Shown here: piece by piece, positions 53,342 through 63,360 of the stretch
How the letters are laid out: every line of letters starts with the position of its first letter
Position numbering within the stretch: position 1 is the first letter of the stretch
Assembly (NCBI GenBank): GCA_963815195.1
Contig: CAWFGE010000013.1
Coordinates: 832,001-896,000, forward strand
Source: an uncultured Planctomycetaceae bacterium
Lineage (GTDB): Bacteria; Planctomycetota; Planctomycetia; Planctomycetales; Planctomycetaceae
Length of the DNA: 64,000 nucleotides
Direction: 5' to 3'
Notes under the pieces: generated by a model
Told to the model about the DNA's origin: nothing
What the model saw: the letters and a program-made list of their open reading frames with translations, nothing else
Databases searched by the model: none
Translations under genes and position numbers: made by a program

Positions 53342-53844
53342 GCGGGGGTGGAATTGGTTGATGCCAACGCCTTCCGCCCATCCAAAAGGACGCCAATCCC
53401 TGGCGTCCATGTCCGCAAAGCCCGGTAGCCAGCGGAGCAATTCTCACAATTCAAACACCTGCCCTGCGCACCACAAAAGGTGTGCACAGAAACCCAGATG
53501 AGATCATCGATACAGAAAACGTCCAAACGGTTGGGAAGTGAACGGCAACCGTTTTCTGCCAAAGTGTACAAACCCCGCGAAATCCGATCAGCGGGTGAGC
53601 CCAAAGGATTTGGAATCGGGGCGCAAAAATCCGGCGGAAAAGTGGGTGCCCAAGAGAAATTGGCCCGCCCAGATTTCCCAGAATTCGCGATAGACATCCA
53701 ATGTATCACCGGAAAACATCGGGTCAAGGATGAAACGCCGCGGTCTCGGCAGATCCCGCGCGAAAACGGGATTTTGTGCTTATTTTCCAGGGGATTTGGG
53801 ATTTGAATTATTTTCGCCGCCCGAGTGTGCGGGGATTCCGCAGA

Positions 53845-54972
53845 CTATTTTCGGGAGAGATTCGCCAGCAGATTCTCATACAGCCCCGCATACGCCTCGC
53901 AGTTCGATTCCCATGTAAATCGTTCGCAAACAAGGGTTTGTGCTGAAGCACTTACGGCGGATCGGAGCGCGAGGTTCGTCAAAATCTCCACAACCCGGCC
54001 CGCCAGTTCGTCTGAATCCCGCGACCACACCACCAGTCCCGTCTGCCCATCCGCGATCAATTCGGCAATTCCTTCCACGGCCGTCGCCACCACCGGCGTG
54101 CCCGCGGCGAAGGCTTCCAGGACCACGTTCGGGAGGCCTTCCCAACGCGAAGGCAGCACCAACACGTCGGCGGTTTTGAGAAGCTCCGGCACATCCCGCC
54201 GCCAACCCAACACATGCACGAACCCGGCGAGATTTCGCCGCTCGATTTCCTCCTCCAGCCGCGCTTGCAAAGGTCCCCGGCCTGCATAAGCCAGGTGAAC
54301 ATTGCGGACGCGGGCTTGAACTTTTGGAAAAGCTTCCAAGAGCCACAACGGATCTTTTTGCGAATCCAATCGCCCGACGACGAGCATCAGCTTGGCACCA
54401 TTCGGAATTCCCACCGATGAGAGATCGGCGGGCTGAGCATTGGCGAAGCGGTCGGCATCGACGCCGTTGGAAATCACGTGCACCCGCGCTGCATCGAGTC
54501 CTCCTTGTTCAATCGAAAAGCGTGCGACATCCCGGCTCACGCAGACATGCGCCGCGACCCAGCGCTCGGTGAACCGATCCGCCCACAACCGCAGGCGCGA
54601 ACGCCGTTCCGCGACACGAATTCCCGAGACGATGATCGGCACATGCGCCAGCCGCCCGGCCAATCGGCCGAGGGTGTTGGCGTGATACAACCACGTTTGC
54701 AAAACCACCGGGCGAAATCCGCGAAGTTCGCGGACTAATCGCGGCAGCACCCCCAGGTCGCGCCAGCGTTTCGCTCCCAAACAAACCACGGGAACCTCGG
54801 CTCGATCCAACACCTCGGCAAGCTCGCCTCGCGGTCCCAAGCAGAACACCCGCGGCGAGAACTTTCGCCGATCCAGCCGCGTCACCAGCTCCACCAGCGC
54901 CCGCTCCGCTCCGCCGGGATCAAGTTCCGTGATACAAAACGCAATGCGAACTGGGGGTGTTGCGGTCGCCAA
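53845..54972 (-). CDS. Glycosyltransferase family 4 (GT-B)
   Basis: GGAERAL, ISNGVD, VGRLDSQK and PSRWEGLPNVVLEAFAAGTPVV; start uncertain, could extend to 55020. Confidence 0.9.
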   Translation of the reverse strand: MATATPPVRIAFCITELDPGGAERALVELVTRLDRRKFSPRVFCLGPRGELAEVLDRAEVPVVCLGAKRWRDLGVLPRLVRELRGFRPVVLQTWLYHANTLGRLAGRLAHVPIIVSGIRVAERRSRLRLWADRFTERWVAAHVCVSRDVARFSIEQGGLDAARVHVISNGVDADRFANAQPADLSSVGIPNGAKLMLVVGRLDSQKDPLWLLEAFPKVQARVRNVHLAYAGRGPLQARLEEEIERRNLAGFVHVLGWRRDVPELLKTADVLVLPSRWEGLPNVVLEAFAAGTPVVATAVEGIAELIADGQTGLVVWSRDSDELAGRVVEILTNLALRSAVSASAQTLVCERFTWESNCEAYAGLYENLLANLSRK

Positions 54973-55042
54973 TCTTCGCCGACTTTCTTCGCCAAAGTGA
55001 GCGGCAAGCCGCTGGACCAAACCAAAACCGCGCGTTGAACAA

Positions 55043-55109
55043 ATTAGCCGCAGGGCGCTAGCCCCGGTTCATCGCTGAGCGAACCGGACGCGAGCGCGTT
55101 CCGGTTGAT
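55043..55109. repeat. Intact REP-like doublet (left arm, 11-nt spacer, right arm)
   Basis: attagccgcagggcgctagccccggtt-catcgctgagc-gaaccggacgcgagcgcgttccggttgat, immediately 3' of rhaA. Confidence 0.85.
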
Positions 55110-55111
55110 CC

Positions 55112-56383
55112 TCAGCCGCGCTCAGCGAGCACGTCGCGTTCGTAGCGGCGGATTTCGTCCAGCCAACCTCCGCCCGCCGGAACATCTTCCGTCAGGCAAT
55201 AATAATCCCAAACCGCACCGAAGGGCAGGCCTTTGATTTCCTCCAGGAGCGCCAATCGCGCGGTGAAGTCGCCAGTGTTTTCACAGTCCTTGAGCAGCGG
55301 CGTCGGTTCGAGAAGCGCCAACAAAAGGGCTTTGAGCAAGCTCCGCGTGCCGATGACCCACGCGGCCACGCGGTTGATGCTCGCATCGAAAAAGTCCAGG
55401 CCCCAATGCACCCGGCCGAGATAATCGTTGCGGACAACCTCCTGGGCGATCGCCCGCAGCTCATCGTTCAGAATCACCACGTGGTCGCTGTCCCACCGCA
55501 CGCCCCGGCTGACGTGCAGCATCAATTCCTCAACCCACATCAGCACCGAGGAAATTTTGTCCGAAATCACCTCCGTCGGATGAAAATGCCCCGCGTCCAG
55601 GCACAACAGCGTGCCCCGCTTCACGGCGTAGCCCAAATAAAACTCGTGCGAGCCGGCGACGTAGCTTTCCGAACCCAACCCGAACAATTTGCACTCGACC
55701 GCATCCCGGTTCCACCGCGGGTCGATCGCCTCGGACAAGATTTGATCGAGTGCATCGGCCAGGCGTTCCCGCGGGGTCTTGCGATCGATCGGCGCATCCT
55801 TGGAGCCGTCGGGGATCCAGATGTTCGTCACGCAAGGTGACTTTAACGCCTCCCCGATTTTCGCGCCAATCCGCCGGCAGGCGATCCCATGCTCGATCCA
55901 GAACTGCCGGACCGAGGGGTCGGGGTGCGTCAACGTCAGCCCGGCCTCGGCCAGCGGATGAGCAAAGAACGTGGGATTGAAGTCGATGCCCAACCCCTCG
56001 GCTCGGGCCCAATCGATCCAGCCTTGAAAGTGCGACGCGTCCAGTTCGTTTCGCTCCACGTTTTGGGAGCCGGTTTCGGCGTAGCTCGCGTGGAGATTGA
56101 TGCGATGCCGCCCGGGAATCAGGCTCCCCGCCTTCTGGAAATCCGCGCGGAGTTCGTCCGGCGTCCGGGCTCGCCCGGGATAGTTCCCCGTGACCGCCAA
56201 CCCGCCGCCCAATTCGGTTCCCAGCGACTCGAACCCCCGCACATCATCGCCCTGCCAGCAGTGGAGGGAAACAGAAATCTCCGCCAACCTCCGGACCGCC
56301 CGGTCCACATCCACGTTCCAGTCGGCGTAACACTCTTTGGCGATTTCGTAGGCCGAGGAAATCAGCTCAGGGGTTGGGGACAT
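55112..56383 (-). CDS. rhaA: L-rhamnose isomerase
   Basis: [60 protein letters not shown] and [11 protein letters not shown]. Confidence 0.96.
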   Translation of the reverse strand: MSPTPELISSAYEIAKECYADWNVDVDRAVRRLAEISVSLHCWQGDDVRGFESLGTELGGGLAVTGNYPGRARTPDELRADFQKAGSLIPGRHRINLHASYAETGSQNVERNELDASHFQGWIDWARAEGLGIDFNPTFFAHPLAEAGLTLTHPDPSVRQFWIEHGIACRRIGAKIGEALKSPCVTNIWIPDGSKDAPIDRKTPRERLADALDQILSEAIDPRWNRDAVECKLFGLGSESYVAGSHEFYLGYAVKRGTLLCLDAGHFHPTEVISDKISSVLMWVEELMLHVSRGVRWDSDHVVILNDELRAIAQEVVRNDYLGRVHWGLDFFDASINRVAAWVIGTRSLLKALLLALLEPTPLLKDCENTGDFTARLALLEEIKGLPFGAVWDYYCLTEDVPAGGGWLDEIRRYERDVLAERG

Positions 56384-56487
56384 CGATTTATCTCGCCGAA
56401 GAGAGTTGTCGAACGGTCATTTTTTCCACGCAAAATAGCCGAAGTCTGTGAATCTGTGCCAGGTGGACTCGGCGATTTATCAAACAT

Positions 56488-56604
56488 CAGAATCATGGGG
56501 CACAAAATCATAAAACCTTGACCTTTCGATTCTGCTTCCTGAACACTGCCGAATATGATCCGCCGCGACGTTTGCAAGCCATGATTCTGTGCCCCATGAT
56601 TTTG
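56488..56604. repeat. Inverted-repeat element with 24-bp arms, each containing two CA(G/A)AATCAT units
   Basis: cagaatcatggggcacaaaatcat vs atgattctgtgccccatgattttg (22/24). Confidence 0.78.
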
Positions 56605-56841
56605 TGGCCTCTGCCCTCCAATTCCTATCCTACCCAAACCGACCACAAAGAAAACATACGCGGATTTTCCCGCAGAATCCGCACGACGGGTGCGTTCGCG
56701 GAGTGTCAGCGGAGTCATTTGGCCAGCCGTCCGCCGAGCGGGGCGGATTTGTGACGTAAACTAGCTGGGAGTGATTCATCCGGGTGGAGAGGTTCTTCAC
56801 TCAAGAGACCCCATCATGCGACCGGAAAGGGATCGAAAACG

Positions 56842-57804
56842 ATGGTCGAAGAAACACCGTCTCGAGCGCCAGGGGGTTCCATCGAAGAGCGGCTGCGCGA
56901 AATGGAAGGGCGGCTTCAGGAAAAAGAGGCCGAACTGGCCAAAAAAGACCGCACGGTTCACGAATTGACGCAGCGGCTGTCGCAAACCGCCGAGCGTTTG
57001 GACCGCTTCAAGCGCACAGGCTCCGACCGCAATGTCACGAGCACGGCGGCGTTTTCCAAGGAAGTCGTCGACCAGCAAACCGAGTTGGTGGCGGATCTCC
57101 AGCGGGCCGTGCAAATGTGGGAGGACATGCAAATCTCCTGCGGCCTGGGCCGGCTGGAAATGCAAGTCTCCGACCTGCAAGTGCTCTTTGAAGAGCACTT
57201 CCGCGAAGAGGAACCAGAACCCGAAGTCGCCTCCGAAGAAACCGGCGAGACTGCCGCGGAGGAAGCCTTGGTCGAAGAGGTAGCGGTCGATTCCGATTTC
57301 GAACCCGAATCGGAGCCGGCTCAAGAATCGTTGGCGGAGGAGGAACCCAAGGCCGACGATGAGTGGGAACTCACGGAGGAAGACGCATCGCCGATTTCGC
57401 CGCCGGAGATCGTGAACTTTGCGCAAGCCGATGAAGAATCACTAAGGCGGTGCGTCGAGCAGCAGGATGAATACATCGATGCTCTCTCCGCCCGTCTGCA
57501 GCGGACCGCGGAACGCAAGACGGCCGTCGATTGGGACGCGTTGGCGGAGGATCCCGAAAAGCTGGCCCGCACACTCGAAAACACCGTCGCCCGGCTGAAG
57601 CACCACTACCGGTTCACGGACTTCGAATTGACGCTGCAGCGGACGCGCCTCAAACGCCGGGAGCGCGACCTGCAAATGTTGTCGGAAGCCTTGGAAGGCC
57701 AGATGCAGTCGATCACCCAAAAATCCCCCGCGGCTCACGGCGACAACAGCCCGGGCGGCCGACGCTGGATGCGAATGCTGGGCATGGGTAAGAACGAAGA
57801 GTGA
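56842..57804 (+). CDS. Hypothetical coiled-coil protein with acidic linker
   Basis: Heptad-rich N- and C-halves and a Glu/Pro-rich middle; 320 aa. Confidence 0.75.
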   Translation: MVEETPSRAPGGSIEERLREMEGRLQEKEAELAKKDRTVHELTQRLSQTAERLDRFKRTGSDRNVTSTAAFSKEVVDQQTELVADLQRAVQMWEDMQISCGLGRLEMQVSDLQVLFEEHFREEEPEPEVASEETGETAAEEALVEEVAVDSDFEPESEPAQESLAEEEPKADDEWELTEEDASPISPPEIVNFAQADEESLRRCVEQQDEYIDALSARLQRTAERKTAVDWDALAEDPEKLARTLENTVARLKHHYRFTDFELTLQRTRLKRRERDLQMLSEALEGQMQSITQKSPAAHGDNSPGGRRWMRMLGMGKNEE

Positions 57805-57831
57805 ACGCAGTCTGCGATTCTCGGCGAGCCG

Positions 57832-58920
57832 TCAGCGGCCGGGTGAGGAAACCCGACCGGAGGCCGGGATCACGAGGCGGGCGGGCCGGGACGTTTGTGG
57901 GGGCACCAGGCGGATCGTCGCCGTCGTCATTTTTTGCTGATCGAACCGGCGGCCGTCGGCCAGTTGGACCTGCATGTCGAGTTGGCGTTTGACCTCGCAA
58001 TGCAGCGGCAAGCCCGTCTTGCGGTCGATTTCGCAATGCCCGGTCGTGCGCCCGCCCCGCGCTTGGACCTGCACATCCCCCGCCGGGTGATTGGAGAATG
58101 CGGGCGATTTCACCGGATCGATCGTGCCTTCCATTTCGATCTCGGCGAACTGTTCGGTCATCCGGGCCAGCGTGCAGCGCGTGCTGAGTTGAAGCGGAAT
58201 CGGACCGGCGAGCCGGCGATCGCATTTCCACGTGTCGCGCTCTTCCACCGTCGGCGTCGGCGGCAGAAAGCCGAGGTTTTCATCCACGAAGCTCGCCAGC
58301 CCTTCCTGGGCCGCGCTCGCAAAGGCCAGAACCACCTGCCGTTGCCGGTCGGGGGGCACATCGCGGATGCAGCGCTCGAGAAACTCGGGAAATCCCACGG
58401 GCTTGATCAGGCGGTGATCCGGGCTGATCCAAAACGAGAACCCGTTGCCGACGAGGCCTTTGTAGGGCAGGGCCTCCACGGGCAGCGGCTCGGCGGGAAC
58501 GGTGGAATCGAACGCGAACGACCGCCCCGCCACGTCCTGCCAATATCGCACGCGGTTATAGACCACGCTCAAAAGCTGACTTCCGTCCGGGGCTTCTTCT
58601 TCGAGCCGCAGCGTCACCGCGAGTTCCAAAGACGATCGGCTCGTCTGGTCGCCGCCGGGGATTTTTTGAACGAGAACCTGGTCCACGGTTTTGAGCAAGG
58701 TCGCGGGTTCGCGGAGCGAGAGCCGCAGCGCGAGCCGGGTTTTTGAAGCCGGGGCCGCGGGCGGTTCCTTCAAATTCGCATCGCGCACGTTGGAGAGCGC
58801 GGCGACCTCCTCCAGGACGTCTTCGGTGGGCGTTTCGTCCGAGGAGAACCACTGAGATCCGCCGAACAGCGCCAGGCTGCCCAAGCCCACGAGGCCCGCC
58901 AGCAAAACCCATGTTTTCAT
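57832..58920 (-). CDS. Membrane-anchored hypothetical protein (DUF6263-like)
   Basis: N-terminal TM/signal followed by a beta-rich domain (FDST, LVGNGFSFWIS, GHCEIDRKTGLP). Confidence 0.65.
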   Translation of the reverse strand: MKTWVLLAGLVGLGSLALFGGSQWFSSDETPTEDVLEEVAALSNVRDANLKEPPAAPASKTRLALRLSLREPATLLKTVDQVLVQKIPGGDQTSRSSLELAVTLRLEEEAPDGSQLLSVVYNRVRYWQDVAGRSFAFDSTVPAEPLPVEALPYKGLVGNGFSFWISPDHRLIKPVGFPEFLERCIRDVPPDRQRQVVLAFASAAQEGLASFVDENLGFLPPTPTVEERDTWKCDRRLAGPIPLQLSTRCTLARMTEQFAEIEMEGTIDPVKSPAFSNHPAGDVQVQARGGRTTGHCEIDRKTGLPLHCEVKRQLDMQVQLADGRRFDQQKMTTATIRLVPPQTSRPARLVIPASGRVSSPGR

Positions 58921-59122
58921 TTTCTCATCCTTGAGACTGGGCGCGGAAGGATTGGCTCCAAACCGAAATTCCAGACGGTTTCAGAATCCGGGGAGCATAA
59001 CATCTCTCGGGTTCCGCGAGAAGACGGAATCCGCGACTTGGCGCAACGGGAGGGAAAAGGGATATAATGCCTCTGCTGGTTTCTCCCAACCAAGACCAAA
59101 GCTTCCCAACCCGATCGGTTTT

Positions 59123-59947
59123 ATGAGCAATCAATACATTGTCCGATATGGCCTCCAGCGGCAGCTCGGCGCGTTCAGCGTGAAAGGGCAGCCCCCCATC
59201 GCCCGGAATTCCGAGGTCATCATCCGCAGCGACCGCGGGATGGAGTGGGGAGTGGTCCTTTGTCAGGCGAGCGAACGCACGGGCGAATACCTGGGCCACA
59301 AGGAAGTGAAAGGCCGGCTCCTCCGCGAAGCCAGCGACGAGGATCGCGACCAATGGGACAAAATCCGCCTCCAGGAGCGCGAAGAGTTTGGCGGGGCGAA
59401 GCAAATGATCGCCGACCGCAACCTGCAAATGGAACTCGTCGATGTGGAGCACATCTTCGGCGGCGAGCGGATCGTGTTTTATTATCTCGCCGAGAAGCGG
59501 GTCGATTTTCGTGAACTGGTCAAAGCGCTCGCCAAGGAGTTTCGGGCCCGGATCGAGATGCGGCAGATCGGCGTCCGCGACGAGGCGAAGCTGCTCGCGG
59601 ACTACGGCGACTGCGGAAAGCCCGTCTGCTGTAACACCCACCTCCAGGAGATGCCCCCGGTCTCGATGAAGATGGCCAAGATCCAAAAGGCAACGCTCGA
59701 TCCCTCGAAGATCTCCGGCCGCTGCGGGCGGCTGAAATGCTGCCTCCGCTACGAATACGACACGTATGAAGAATACCGCCGGGAACTGCCGCGCATCGGC
59801 TCCACCGTGATGACCCGCCAAGGCCAGGGCCGGGTGATCGCCCAGGAGATCCTGGCCCGCAAAGTCCTGGTGCGGTTCGAGGACCATCGCCAGGTGATGA
59901 CCGATGAGAGCGAAATCGTCACCGTCGTACGCGGATCCGCGAGCTGA
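59123..59947 (+). CDS. PSP1 domain / RicT (YaaT)-like Fe-S protein
   Basis: RVDFRELVK, RIEMRQIGVRDEAK, CGKPVCC and KISGRCGRLKCCLRYE. Confidence 0.92.
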   Translation: MSNQYIVRYGLQRQLGAFSVKGQPPIARNSEVIIRSDRGMEWGVVLCQASERTGEYLGHKEVKGRLLREASDEDRDQWDKIRLQEREEFGGAKQMIADRNLQMELVDVEHIFGGERIVFYYLAEKRVDFRELVKALAKEFRARIEMRQIGVRDEAKLLADYGDCGKPVCCNTHLQEMPPVSMKMAKIQKATLDPSKISGRCGRLKCCLRYEYDTYEEYRRELPRIGSTVMTRQGQGRVIAQEILARKVLVRFEDHRQVMTDESEIVTVVRGSAS

Positions 59948-59999
59948 CGATTTTCGAAGGCGACAAAGGAGCATTGCCCACAAAGGAGTCAAGGGAAAT

Positions 60000-62357
60000 A
60001 TGGCGACACAGGATGCAGAAGACGATGTCGTCTTCGAGGACAAGGGCGAGAGCGAGTTGGAACTGGATCTCAGCGTCAACGTCGCCGAGCGGACGGACGA
60101 ACGGCAGGGATTCGCGGCCCTATGCAGCCGATTGGGCGATGCGCTGTTGGTCGGCGACGGCCTGGAATCGATGATGCGGGAACTCTTGAACCGGGCCTTC
60201 GATTTGATCCCGGCTCAGCGAGGCTCCATCTGCGTGTACGATGCCGAGCGGCAATCCCTCGTACCGGTCGTGTCCCGCCGCGGACCGGCGGCGGCACCCA
60301 TCAGCATCAGCCGCAGCATCACGGACCAGGTGATCGACGAGAAGCGGGCCCTGTTGGTCACGGACGCCGGCGATGACGACCGCTTCTCCGCCTCGGAGAG
60401 CATCATGGCCATGAACATCCACTCGGTGATGTGCGCGCCGATGTATCATCACGGCGTGGTCGAGGGTTTGATTTATCTCGACACGGTCTCCAACGAAGGC
60501 GGGTTCTTGAGCACGCAGTTTGACGAAGAGCACCTGGAGATGCTGGTTGCAATCGCCGTGTTCGCGGCCGTGTGCGTGGAGAAGGCTCGGCTGCTCGAGC
60601 GGATCCAGGAGGAATCCGCCCAGCGTCTGCAGGTGGCCAACCGCATCCGTGTGATGCTGGACGTGGCCAAGTCGCTGTCGTCGGAACTCGACACGAACGT
60701 GCTGATTCGCAAGATCATGCAGAGCGCGCGGGAACTCATGCAGGCCGAGCGCTGCACGCTGTTCATGCTCGATCACGATTCCAGGGAGTTATGGACCAAG
60801 GTGGCCGACGGCGGGTTTGAGATCCGCATCCCGATGACCAAGGGCATCGCCGGCGAAGTCGCCACCGCGGGCCGGGTGCTCAACATTCCCGACGCCTACG
60901 CCGACCCTCGCTTCAATCCCGAAGCGGACAAGCAGTCCGGCTTTCGCACGCGGAACATCCTCTGCATGCCGGTGAGGAACAACGAGGGAACGATCATCGG
61001 CGTCACGCAGATGATCAACAAGATCGGCGACGGCCCGTTCACGATGGTGGACGAGGAACTCCTCGAAGCCTTCTCCGCCCAAACCGCCGTCGCCTTGGAA
61101 AACGCGATGCTGTTTCAGCAGACGCTCGAGATGCAGAAGTATCTGGAGTCGATCCTCAAGAGCATCACGAACCTCGTCGCCACCTTGGACAACGAAGGCC
61201 GCATCGTCACCGCGAACCATCCCGTGGAACCCTTCCTCGGCGTCGACGACGAGATGCTCCTCAAGCAGCCTTACACCCAATGGTTCGACGGCGAAAATGC
61301 GGACCTCATCGAAGACATCCGCCGGGTCCTGGCCGCGGACTCCAAGCCGGTCTATGTGGCCGATTACGAACTCAAGCACCACGGCAAAACGATCTCCCTC
61401 AATTACAACATCGTCCCGCTTCTGGACTTCGAGGAAGCCCAAAAAGGCGCGGTGCTCGTTCTGGAGAACATCTCTCAACAAAAGCGCGTGATGGGCACGC
61501 TCGCGCGGCACTTGGGCTCGGGAGTCGCCCAGCAACTTTTGGACGGCGAAGAGAGCCGGCTAGGCGGAGTCCGGCAGGATGTGACGATTCTGTTTTCCGA
61601 CATCCGCGGCTATACGTCGCTCACCGAGTCGATGGACGCCGGCGAAATCGTGGCCATGCTCAACGATTACTTTTCGCTGATGATCGACGAGATTTTCGCG
61701 GAAGAGGGCGTTCTAGACAAATATATAGGCGACGCCCTCATGGCCGTGTTCGGCGTGCCGTTTCCTTCTCCCGCCGATGCCGCCCGCGCCTGCCGGTGTG
61801 CGCTGCGGATGATGAAGTCGCTCGACATCTTTAATGGCCGGCTGAAACGGCAAAACCGCCGGCCGATCGCCATCGGCATCGGCATCAACAGCGGCGAAGT
61901 GATCTCCGGGAACATCGGTTCGGAGAAGCGGCTGGAATACACCTGCATCGGCGATGCCGTCAACCTGGCGTCCCGGCTGGAAGGCGCCTCGAAAACCTAC
62001 GGAGTGCCGATCATCCTGCAGGAAACGACGAGGCAAGCCATCGGGCCGGAGTTTCTTGTCCGCGAACTCGATCTGATCCGCGTCAAAGGCAAACAGCAGC
62101 CGGCCCGGATCTACGAGTTGCTCGGTTCCAAAGACCAAGGCATCTCCGCCCCGCTGGCCGATGCCCTTCCGCATTTCGATGACGGCTTGAAGGCGTATCG
62201 AGCCCTGGACTTCGCGGCGGCGGAAGAGCATTTTCAGCGGGCCCACGCGCTCGCCGGCGACCGCCCCTCCAAGCTGTTTGAGGGCCGCTGCGAAATCCTC
62301 AAACAGCAGCCACCGCGACCCGATTGGGACGGCGTGTGGGAAATGACGACCAAGTAG
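60000..62357 (+). CDS. Class III adenylate cyclase, GAF-GAF-PAS-cyclase architecture
   Basis: LFSDIRGYT, LDKYIGDALMAVFG and EYTCIGDAVNLASRLE; the second GAF has an NK..F..DE motif; C-terminal WDGVWEMTTK. Confidence 0.92.
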   Translation: MATQDAEDDVVFEDKGESELELDLSVNVAERTDERQGFAALCSRLGDALLVGDGLESMMRELLNRAFDLIPAQRGSICVYDAERQSLVPVVSRRGPAAAPISISRSITDQVIDEKRALLVTDAGDDDRFSASESIMAMNIHSVMCAPMYHHGVVEGLIYLDTVSNEGGFLSTQFDEEHLEMLVAIAVFAAVCVEKARLLERIQEESAQRLQVANRIRVMLDVAKSLSSELDTNVLIRKIMQSARELMQAERCTLFMLDHDSRELWTKVADGGFEIRIPMTKGIAGEVATAGRVLNIPDAYADPRFNPEADKQSGFRTRNILCMPVRNNEGTIIGVTQMINKIGDGPFTMVDEELLEAFSAQTAVALENAMLFQQTLEMQKYLESILKSITNLVATLDNEGRIVTANHPVEPFLGVDDEMLLKQPYTQWFDGENADLIEDIRRVLAADSKPVYVADYELKHHGKTISLNYNIVPLLDFEEAQKGAVLVLENISQQKRVMGTLARHLGSGVAQQLLDGEESRLGGVRQDVTILFSDIRGYTSLTESMDAGEIVAMLNDYFSLMIDEIFAEEGVLDKYIGDALMAVFGVPFPSPADAARACRCALRMMKSLDIFNGRLKRQNRRPIAIGIGINSGEVISGNIGSEKRLEYTCIGDAVNLASRLEGASKTYGVPIILQETTRQAIGPEFLVRELDLIRVKGKQQPARIYELLGSKDQGISAPLADALPHFDDGLKAYRALDFAAAEEHFQRAHALAGDRPSKLFEGRCEILKQQPPRPDWDGVWEMTTK

Positions 62358-62410
62358 CCGCGGCCTCTCCTCCCAAAGCCGACTGTTGTCCTGTCCGCGC
62401 GGACTGGGCT

Positions 62411-63181
62411 CTAATGAGAAACCTCAGGCAACGCCGCCGGCTGAATGGCCGGGGGCGGTGTGACGGGTTGTTCCTCGGTCGAACCGGCCCATTGGACGCG
62501 GCTGCTGCCGGCATTCTCCGGGTCGCCGTTGGCGGGATTGTCGAAAGCCACATTGAACGGCAGCGGCTCGTTCGCGGCGGGCGGGGTTTTGAGGCCGTTG
62601 GTCACTTCCTCGCGGATGGAACCGTTGCGGTACGGGCCGACGCCCAGGAGATACCAGTTCTTATCCTCGGATTTTGCCAAGGTCAATCCGCCGTCGCCGA
62701 TCATCTGGCGCGTCTTGGCGTCGTAGGCGACGATGCCGATTTTGGCGATGCCGATCTGCGACTGTTTGCTCATCAGCCGCACTTCGGGGACGGACAGCGG
62801 AAACGGACCCGGGACCGACAACTGCGGCGTGCCGACGAACAGATCGCTGCTGGTCGTGCCCACGCCGCCGCTGCGGACTTCCATCACGACGTCCGCGTCG
62901 TCCGCTTTTTCCACCATGCGGGCTCCGCCACGGAGCACGCGATGCCGAATCGATCCGACGACATACGGCTTGTCGACGCAGTCCAGATACTTCTCGTCGA
63001 TGAAGATTTTCGATCCCCGGAAGGCGGAGAAATCGACTTTGCTCAACGCCTGATCGATGGAGTTGGAGATCAACAGTTGCTCTTGGGCCGTCCGCGCGGT
63101 GTTCGAGGTTTTCGTGGAAGCGCAGCCTCCCCCCACGATTATCAGGCCAGCCAAACAACCCAAGCCCAGCATCCTTGCCAT
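62411..63181 (-). CDS. Putative lipoprotein (DUF6655-like)
   Basis: Lipobox-like GGGC followed by TARTAQEQLLISNSIDQAL. Confidence 0.68.
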   Translation of the reverse strand: MARMLGLGCLAGLIIVGGGCASTKTSNTARTAQEQLLISNSIDQALSKVDFSAFRGSKIFIDEKYLDCVDKPYVVGSIRHRVLRGGARMVEKADDADVVMEVRSGGVGTTSSDLFVGTPQLSVPGPFPLSVPEVRLMSKQSQIGIAKIGIVAYDAKTRQMIGDGGLTLAKSEDKNWYLLGVGPYRNGSIREEVTNGLKTPPAANEPLPFNVAFDNPANGDPENAGSSRVQWAGSTEEQPVTPPPAIQPAALPEVSH

Positions 63182-63360
63182 CTTGCCGATTTCCTTCCCT
63201 GAACGTCGCGAACGCGGCAGCATTTAGTCCAAAAACCTGCAAATAACGGATTTTTCCGCGAGATGCAATCGGAATTTCTGCGCGAGAACTCGAGGATGCA
63301 TACCTCATTTTGTCATTGCCTCATTCTGGAAGCGGCAATGTGTCATGCGGCCTTCGCCCC

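Noticed and set aside
53281..53440. Partial resemblance to a c-di-GMP-I riboswitch (ggaaaccattc, ggacgc, ggtagcc)
   Set aside because: The GNRA tetraloop hairpin and receptor are absent, and it lies on the strand opposite the flanking genes.
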